The notes under the pieces are model-generated. The model was not told the DNA's origin and did not search any database. It worked only from the letters and a program-made list of their open reading frames with translations. A stretch of 60,198 nucleotides of DNA, filler included, from Circinaria calcarea (taxonomy: Eukaryota): NCBI GenBank assembly GCA_051942165.1. It is 7 parts of 7 records of this genome, joined end to end, with 100 filler letters (N's around TTAATTAATTAA, not from the genome) between each part and the next. Parts side by side here need not be neighbours in the genome. Positions count along the whole stretch, not along the records: positions 51,695 to 60,198 come from JAVECS010001101.1; 6 more parts are not named here. One strand, given 5' to 3'. The position numbers were made by a program, and so were the translations under genes. Shown here in pieces: positions 52,219-60,198 of this stretch (the first letter of the stretch is position 1; each line of letters begins with the position of its first letter).

Positions 52219-53464
52219 CTACGGAATTGTGCCGTGTGTGGATGTACGAGCAGGTAGCTTGTTGCTTCAAGAAGGGAGCACACGATATATCCTCAATCAC
52301 TCGAGGCATCCCACCTAGGCAGAACGAGGCTTACCCAGCTCCAGCCGGCTAAGGTCATGGTCGGATAAGCGGACGGGGAACTGGGTGCTGAATATCCCTT
52401 AAGCTGTTGCTTAGGCACGCTGAGCCGTGTGTTTTTTGAACGGACCAGTTTCTGGTGCGTGCCAACCTAGCTGACCAATCCTAACCGTGTATCCGAAAAA
52501 CGCACGGAAAGACGGTTGAAAAATGCCTAAGCAACAGCTTAAGGGATACTTTGTAACGACATCCCTCCTCTTACCTTCTGCCGTACTGTTGGTTTTCTGA
52601 TCCGATTTGGGCAACAATGCCCAGGCCATAATGCCGCACGAATCGAAGCCATAGATATTGTTGGACGAGAAGGAAAGAGCGTGACACATGCAGTGGTTGT
52701 ATCCAAGTCTCTACCTTGTCAGAGTACAAAATCGAGCAGAATACAAGACAATATTCAGCTGCGCGAGTAAATCAGGTAGCGTAGGGAAGATACACGGGTT
52801 TGATGCGGGCAAGGGTGATGGAAAGTCACTTGTGTATATCCTGTCCAGTAGGATTTCCAACGGCCATTCCGAACAACCACAACAGCTTCGGCTACTCGGA
52901 AATGTCCGCACGTCGTGGGGGTACTCGTAGCTCGTAATGGTGCGGCAAGAAGCCTCGTGGCCCAATCGATAGGCCTTGTTTGCAATCTGCATCCATACCT
53001 TGTTGGGGCTTCTTTTTCCAGGTACAGAGGTCCTTTGCTTAATCTAGCATGTCTCAGACATTGATTGGTACGCGCACATGTACAGTGGCTGGTTCTGGCC
53101 GACCGCAAGGCGTGAAAGTGGAGATGAGAAGTCCGTTTGCACAAGTGGTCGTTGTAGCACGTGACTCGGTGTATCGGCAGAACTATTACCCAGGTCCACC
53201 ACAGCGAGCTGCACAATCATATCATTCGATGGCACTACGGAGTACCCGGAGATACATGTCAGATACTAGGAATTTACAAACGTGCTAGAGTACGGAAATT
53301 AGGATGGAGATTAATTCCGAGTGCATTGGGGTTTATATCAAGTTATCTCCTTTCCATCGCCGTCTCCAAATTACATTTGTTATTACACAGCCGAACCTGG
53401 TATCCCCCAAACGCCTCCGCCTCCAGCACACACCAACCCCTTTCCATTCTCCGGAAGCCTAAGC

Positions 53465-55174
53465 CTAAAACGCTTTCGCAAAAATCGCCACAGTCTGACT
53501 CGCCGTAATCCCGCACTCTCCAGATGCGCCCCCACAGAGCCCGCAGTTATTATCCGTCGTCCGCCCCGTTCCCAATCCGAGAATCTGCACCAAATTCAGC
53601 GAATTGCCGCAATAACAGTCCCCTCCCGTAGCCCCGTTGGCTACGAGTCCCGCAAAGATATAGGAGCCCGCGGAGCAGGCGGCGATACATTGTCGATTGG
53701 GGGAGGTGGTATAGGTCGCTTGGAAATTGGCCAAAACGCGACCGTTGATGTTGACAGCACTGCCGCTCTGAAAATAACATCCAAGGTAACCCATTGCGAT
53801 CGAGACCCCGCTAGGTCCTATCGCACCGCTGAGACCGGATGCTCCAGTTGCTCCAGTAGGTCCAGTTGCTCCAGTTGCTCCAGTTGCTCCAGTTGCTCCA
53901 GTTGCTCCAGTTGCTCCAGTTGCTCCAGTTGCTCCAGTTGCTCCAGTTGCTCCAGTTGCTCCAGTTGCTCCAGTAGGTCCAGTAGGTCCAGTTTCTCCGC
54001 TGAGTCCGCTGAGGCCACTGAGCCCTGATAATCCACTAGGTCCCGTGGGACCAACTGCTCCGCTGAGTCCACTGAGCCCTGACAATCCACTAGGTCCCGT
54101 GGGACCAATTTCTCCGCTGAATCCACTGAGTCCTGAGGGTCCTTGAGGTCCTTGAGGTCCACTATAAAGATATTAGCTCAAGACTCCACGCTGTAATGAA
54201 GAATTTGGGATTATAATACCTTGGTCCAGACGGGCCTACTGGATTGAAACAAGAGGTCACTAACAATAAGTTAGCCCGTGAGAACACTGTATCAACGTAC
54301 TGTAATGATCATTGCTTAGGGAAGTTGTCTCGATGTAATGAACGACGTGTTTGCAAAGGTAGATGTCAGTTTTTGTTTTCTGATGGTAACAGGACATGTG
54401 ATAACGGCACCATCCAGAGCATATAATATGACGGATATAGTACTCACAGTCACTTATGGTGAGATCAATAAAGACACATCCACTTGGTTGGGAGTTCTGA
54501 ACAAAAATCGCGAGAATTTCACCGGATGGAAGTATACAGAAGAGGGCATTGCCATTGAAGAATTTCGAGTTCGTCCATAATAGAATACCACCGTTCGTGA
54601 GGGAGAATGTTGTGGTGATATCACCCGGATTAGTCGTCGGGACAAACCCGATGTAGTCGGTACCTGTGGAAGTGGAGAATTGTAGCTTGGTACCATCTGG
54701 CGTCGTTGCAAACAGCTGCCCGTTCACGAGACTATATGCAGGTGCATTCTCGCAAGAGGTTGTCAGTGACCCGTCCGATCCAAGATAAGTACCTCCTTCC
54801 TGCCGGCGATTATGCGAAAATCGACTGTTGCCAATGAGTAGTACGAATTGGGCTCCCTTCTGTATTTTGCCAGGTGATGATACTGATGAGTAAACATGGT
54901 CGATGATAGTGGTTTTTCTTATTGTGTAAGTTGTCCTGAGATCCATACTTGTAGGAGCATCATGTATTGTTAGGGTCAGGTAGGGATTGATGGCAAAGGT
55001 CGTGTTCGAGAGTACATCTGTGTTGATGTGGATAGGGTTTTCGACGACAAGGACTTTGGTAACGATTTGTTGTCTATAAGTGCAGGCATGTTGTGTGGCA
55101 GCAGGCGTTATAAAGGAAGAGTAAGCGAACAGGCAGTAAGCCCGCATGACTGGGCGCAAATAGTGAAGCCTCAT
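53465..55174 (-). CDS. Secreted collagen-like (Gly-X-Y) protein with C-terminal WSC domain, 3 exons
   Basis: Probable signal peptide [26 protein letters not shown]; beta-rich N-domain (YSLVNGQLF...[19 protein letters not shown]); introns ~54260-54448 and ~54162-54219; about 42 Gly-X-Y triplets; YLGCY...CIAAC...AGL...DCYCGN...C..CGG..GECG (WSC). Confidence 0.8.
53864..53971 (-). repeat. Perfect 9-bp coding tandem repeat (GGAGCAACT)12 encoding (Gly-Ala-Thr)12
   Basis: 12 exact AGTTGCTCC units on the + strand. Confidence 0.95.
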
Positions 55175-58100
55175 CTCCGTATATAAGGTTGAATAAATTA
55201 GGAAGAAACTACTTCGGAAACAGGTAAGAACAGGGGATGATGGAGGTAATGCGAAAAGCTGGAAATAAAAGGCGTCATCAGCTGCAAACATATGATACAT
55301 AAAACATCAATCGCTGACCATCTGGATGTGAAAAAGGCTGTTCGCAGAAGGTTACTTGCTATTCTAGGGCTGGCCCAGGAATTTGCCTGGCGAAAAACGT
55401 GGCAGCAAAGTGCATTCCAACCATCCCCTTAATCCGAGACACGAGGGTTCTAGTACCTATCTCCGCATGCAGTATTTCAGGTGACCAGAACTCGTGGCCG
55501 AAAGTAATAGTAGTACGACCCCGGAATACCCTCATGAGGAGGTTAACTTCGAGCGCAGTAAAGTTCGGGTTGGAGGACTTATAGGTAGTGTGTTACCGTG
55601 CATTACCGCGCACCTCATACAGTACCTGTCTTTCATAAGCAATGGCTTTTGCACACCGGCATCGAGGATCATGCCGAGGAAGGACTTCTGCTCGCTATCA
55701 TTACACCCAGCCTATCCTTGAAGGCCGTTCACTGACATCCCCTCCCGGCCAAACTGCATTGTTATTATCCAATCCCCAAGGGCGGTGCTTGAAAGGTACG
55801 GGGGTAGATATGGCTTCCAGCCAAACCGCTCCAGAAACTGGTAAGGCGTCGTCCTAAGAAGACCTTTGGGAGAAGTCATCCGTGTGCAAGCCAGATAACT
55901 GAGAAATTAATGATTGTGTTTATCTCATTTTCGAGACGTGCCGTTTCCTTATGCTCACTTTAAGTGGCGCATCCTGGCAGTCATTAGAAATAACAATGCT
56001 TCTTGACTTCGTCTTCATATGGAAGACGGCATATCAAGCCTCGGAAGCAAGCCCTACCCAATACAGGAACGGAAATGGCCTCGAATACCCTCGTAATCTC
56101 GAATGGAGAAGCATAACTGTTTCCCACTTCAGGGGCACTCATAAGGTCTACACAAAAGATGTAGGTTTTGAGCTTGTGCTTGTTTGGAAATCTCTGCTAA
56201 ACTTTCTGCGAAGAGATTCACATCTGATCAATTAGTGCAAAACTTACCTCACGCAACTAGCCAGACCAGAGCTCCACTTGATGATTAGGATGCAATTAGG
56301 TCATTATCCTCAGAAGAAATGCCATACACAAACGTACGACTAGTGATGTTGTCTGATAATGAAGAGAAGCCGGCGAGGGCCACAGTTGAGACTGGTGGTA
56401 TCTCACATTGAGTGCACCTCCGATTTTGTCTCAGCCTTTCTACATCCTGACCCAATGCAGTCTTAATGCAGTCTGTTCTGGCGGAAGCACGCCAGTGACG
56501 GTGGTATTGGCGCAAGCAATGCGACAGCAGGATGAGTAATTTGCGACGTATCATCTCCAAAGATCATGGCCTCACAGGTCACAGAGACAAGGGATCATTG
56601 TCTTCGTCATCGTAAACGCCTGGCAGCGCTGAGAACGTTATCCAAGACCAACACTGTAAACAGAAGTTTCGCCCGCTAACATGGCAAAAATGCCTCAGCA
56701 AGCGATCAACTGCACTTCTGTCCTACTGGACTCCGGCCGTAGTGGTCACGATTGGCTTTGGCTCTGACGGAGAGAGCGTTGCACGAAGCGATCGAGATTG
56801 CTGCTGATTGGTGATTCATGGTGTCTGGAGGCACGAATTGACAAAGCTGCCCGGTGGTTGAGGATAGATAGAGCGTAAGATATTGTAGAATATGTTCTAT
56901 CATCCACCTCACTTTCTCATTCGCTTGTGGGCGTATATCCTGGCACGCTACTGTCGTACGTAGAATACCAGTACAGCTTCCGATCTGAATCATTCTTATT
57001 TAAGGAACTAATTGCTCGTACCGGTACTGATCTTTCTTCTGCAAATCCGGAGCTTAGCATCGATACTTCAATACACTATACCGGTGTAAATAAACCCAAC
57101 TGATAGCCCCAGCGATGTATCTTTCTGCATTGTTGGTGTCGATTAATACTGCAGTGGTACCCAACAAACAATCGAACATTAGACCAATCGCCTTTTTGGA
57201 CACTTTGCTGCTAATCCTTCCAACAACTTTCGAACTCTCCCTCAACCTTCACGAAATTGCCTAATGGACTGAGTACCAGGGCTTTCTGGTTTACGCTCCA
57301 CGCGCTGCCCTCACTGAGTTCGGAAGAAGTTGGGGTTAGATATCCTGCAGGATTCCCGCTTCTTTACACGTCTTGAATATCTTGCAGCACTGCGAGATTT
57401 CTTGTCCTCAAGAAAGCTTCTGTCCTAGCAGACACTAAAAAACGAGCTGTTTTATTAGTTGGAAGCACGGGAGAGGCCAGATGTATGCAATGAACATTGA
57501 CGATATATAGCACACGGGGTCTCCACTCGAGTTCTCCTATCAGAATCCAAGACACAGCCGAGACATCCACTAAAGCTCTGGGAGTTTTCAAACGCACCTC
57601 CCAACCATTGAGTACCCACCCACACTGTTCCAAGGTCCGCTCGGCAAGATGCGTTTTTCCAAGAGTGCCATCCTCGCGTTCCTTTCCGTGAGAGCCCTTG
57701 CCTCAGCGGAATATCCCTTTCCTGCCCGACCAGGAGTACTCCAATCAAGCTTCCACGAGCCGAGACCCGTCGCCCTTCATAGTGGCGACGTTGCTGCGGG
57801 ACTCGAAGCGCCTTACAGAAATTTCTAGACTTACCATTCGGCATACCCGCTATTCAGTTTGCCCGAGATCTTGAAGGACATGGTCGCCCCACCGGCCGAG
57901 GAAGTTGTCGAGGTCATGCGTGTAAACGGCCCGCTGGCCCCAAGCGCCCGCAGGTCATGCCCTCGATTCAACAACAACCAAGTACACAATCCATCCAGCA
58001 AGTTGGAGGCACACCGCCAGCTCAACAGCAAGAAGGACCCCCGGTGTCAGAATAGTATAAACTTGACGCTCAAGTAGCGTATCCAGGTGCTGAGCCGGTT

Positions 58101-58849
58101 GATGCTGCAGTGATCAGCAGCACTGCCAAGTTCTCTTCACAAACCTTCCCACATATACTACTGTTGCTGATAATTTGTACAATTTAATTGCTGCTCACGA
58201 AAAGGCTAAGTATGTATAGCACGGGTAGCGTAGGCGAAATGCATATCCTTATGCAGGACTAAGCAACGCTGAAATGATCACCAGCGCTGCAAGTTTTTTG
58301 TAGAGAATCTCCCCAAGTATGCCTCTGCGGCGGATAAAACCTACGAAACAATCGCCACTGCCGAGAAGGATAAAGCATGATCAGCAGCATCATCCTAAGC
58401 GAGAGCCATAGCCGGAACTAGAACCGGAAGCAGAAGGCTTTCTATAGAGCATATAATTAACAGTTCCAGGCATTCTCTCATCCGTCTTTGTGTAATGGGG
58501 ATTGCTTGGCAAACATGATAGAGAATGAATATCCATGTACAGTTTTCAAACAGACAGAAAGTAAAAGTAGGATAATCCTCTCTTTTATGTTCTCTTATCT
58601 GAAGACACTAGCTCTAAAATAATATTATTTACGTTCGACACTGTACAACCAAGTACATTCATACACTCCAAGACGATACTACATTCCTAAAATACATTAC
58701 ACTTCGCTCTTGCCCACTAGTTCTTCATAAAGGCAACCAAGCCGACTGATTACCTATTTTGACTTCCCCAGAGGTCATCATCGAACATTGAGCATTGAAG
58801 GCCATAAAGTAGAATAGAGTTCTGCAACTGAAGGCCAGTTTGAGGGTGG

Positions 58850-59620
58850 AGACCCTAGACGCTAATTTTACTCTCATTTACCGGCCCATTAATCTACCCG
58901 TTCGGGATGTTCGAATATGTTGGCCTAATTGAGGTTTCTGCCCTCCATCGTTAAACTTCGAGCGCTAAATGCCCAGGAAAATAATAGAAATTTTGGCGCT
59001 AAATAAACGCTAAGGGCTAGGTGAAGAAAAAGGGAGGTCTCGCCTCGTGCAGTCATGCTCCAACAACTCTTACTTCATTAACTGCATCATCTACACTGCA
59101 CTGACTGCACTATAACGTATTATTGTGCATTGGAATACCTCACCACCAGCCCTTCTTAACGACTAAACCCCCTGCATACTCAGAACTGTCAACACAGTAC
59201 ACTTCACCACCTTCATTCCTTCCTACTTACCAGTCCTTCATCGAAGTAGGTCAGGTGACCGGTTATCCTTTTTAATGTCTCTGAATTTATCGTCAAACAC
59301 CGCCAATAGGACTTTACATGCCAAGAGTTCGCGTGTGCGAGGAAACCCTATACGCTAACTTTAATCTCAGCCATCGGGCCATTATTATCCCTGGTCTCTA
59401 ACATCGGGCTATCTAAGCTTGATTCCTAATCGAGGTTTTTGGACTCTATCGTTAAAAGTCGAGCGCTAAATGCTCAGGAAAATAATAGAAATTTTGGCGC
59501 TAAATGAACGCTAAGGGTTGGGTTGAAAGAAAAGGGAGGGAGGGAGGGTAAGGTAGGATGTCGATTCGCTTCAAACAGCATGTATCTACTAGCTATACCA
59601 TCTACACTGACTCTATCGTT
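58850..59620. repeat. Diverged direct duplication with ~500-bp period
   Basis: Core CCTAATYGAGG...ATCGTTAAA..TCGAGCGCTAAATGCYCAGGAAAATAATAGAAATTTTGGCGCTAAATRAACGCTAAGGG...GAAAAGGGAGG at ~58924-59037 and ~59425-59539, with weaker matching flanks. Confidence 0.85.
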
Positions 59621-60198
59621 TGTACTGTACCGACTACAGTTTAATCCTTCCCATTAGCCTCTCTCTATAACAAGGGCCTCTACCCCTTTAGCGAAGTCAA
59701 AAAGTAAATCTTTGTCCAACTCACAGAAAACTTGTAATATCATGCCTCCAAAAACCCAAAGCAAGAAAGTTCTCCTTGGACCATAAAGAACCCATGCTTC
59801 AACCTCATCACATACCGCAAACGGCAAATAGATCAGGCAGGAATTTCACGCTTTCTCCGCCCTAGGAAACAGACCTCCGCGTCTAGGAACGCAACGATAT
59901 TTTGGTCGGTATATTTAATTGCAACGGGTCAGTCGCACTGACTGTGCTGGGATGTGAAGGTGTTTTATCGCGACAAATGGAGTTGGATCTCGTGTGCATT
60001 TTAATCTCCCTCGTTCATGCCCCCTTTTCACTTCCCCCAACCCCTTCCGTTCACCTTATTTTCAGTCCATCCCACCTACCTTGTCAAACTTTTCCATCCG
60101 CGATCTACGCTCGAGGAACCAATGGTTTGCCAGTTCTCCAACCCAGTTTCGCGGCAATGATCTCGACGTTAGATGTTTTTCCCCCTTCCCCCTTCCCC

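Noticed and set aside
53321..54162. Cys-rich (SSC)n ORF on + and (LEQ)n ORF on -
   Set aside because: Alternative readings of the same 9-bp repeat; only the Gly-X-Y frame is continuous with the WSC domain and splice sites.
54260..54448. Possible stwintron in the long collagen-gene intron (internal ...CAG TACGT...GCTAAC...TAG)
   Set aside because: A [D1,2] stwintron needs a G before the first GTGAGT; the base there is T, so a single intron is simpler.

Overview
Filamentous ascomycete (Pezizomycotina-type) nuclear DNA with short GT-AG introns and CTRAC/CTAAT branch sites. The window is not one locus. It is seven ~8.5 kb contigs in descending length order, joined by artificial 100-nt spacers (N44-TTAATTAATTAA-N44), so adjacency across spacers is meaningless. 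Recognisable genes: ERG27, ARF1, thymidylate synthase (3' part), ARPC5/ARC15, NDUFAF5, dynactin p62 (5' part), PER1, PCM1/AGM1, PCH2 (5' part) and CSC1. Family-level calls: centrosomin-motif (CM1), CFEM, two CorA-like, BTB, DUF3292, F-box, STAND-type N-terminal domain and collagen/WSC proteins. There are several pseudogenes, one interrupted by a 175-bp solo LTR with a 5-bp TSD and RIP-like stops. I found no rRNA, tRNA, CRISPR array or convincing multi-gene novel system. The best candidates for something undescribed are single genes: a secreted collagen (42 Gly-X-Y) plus WSC protein, a CM1 protein with four 29-aa repeats, a small spliced gene with two Cys/His modules, and a CFEM receptor-like protein. 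All calls are by-eye motif recognition; no database searches were run.
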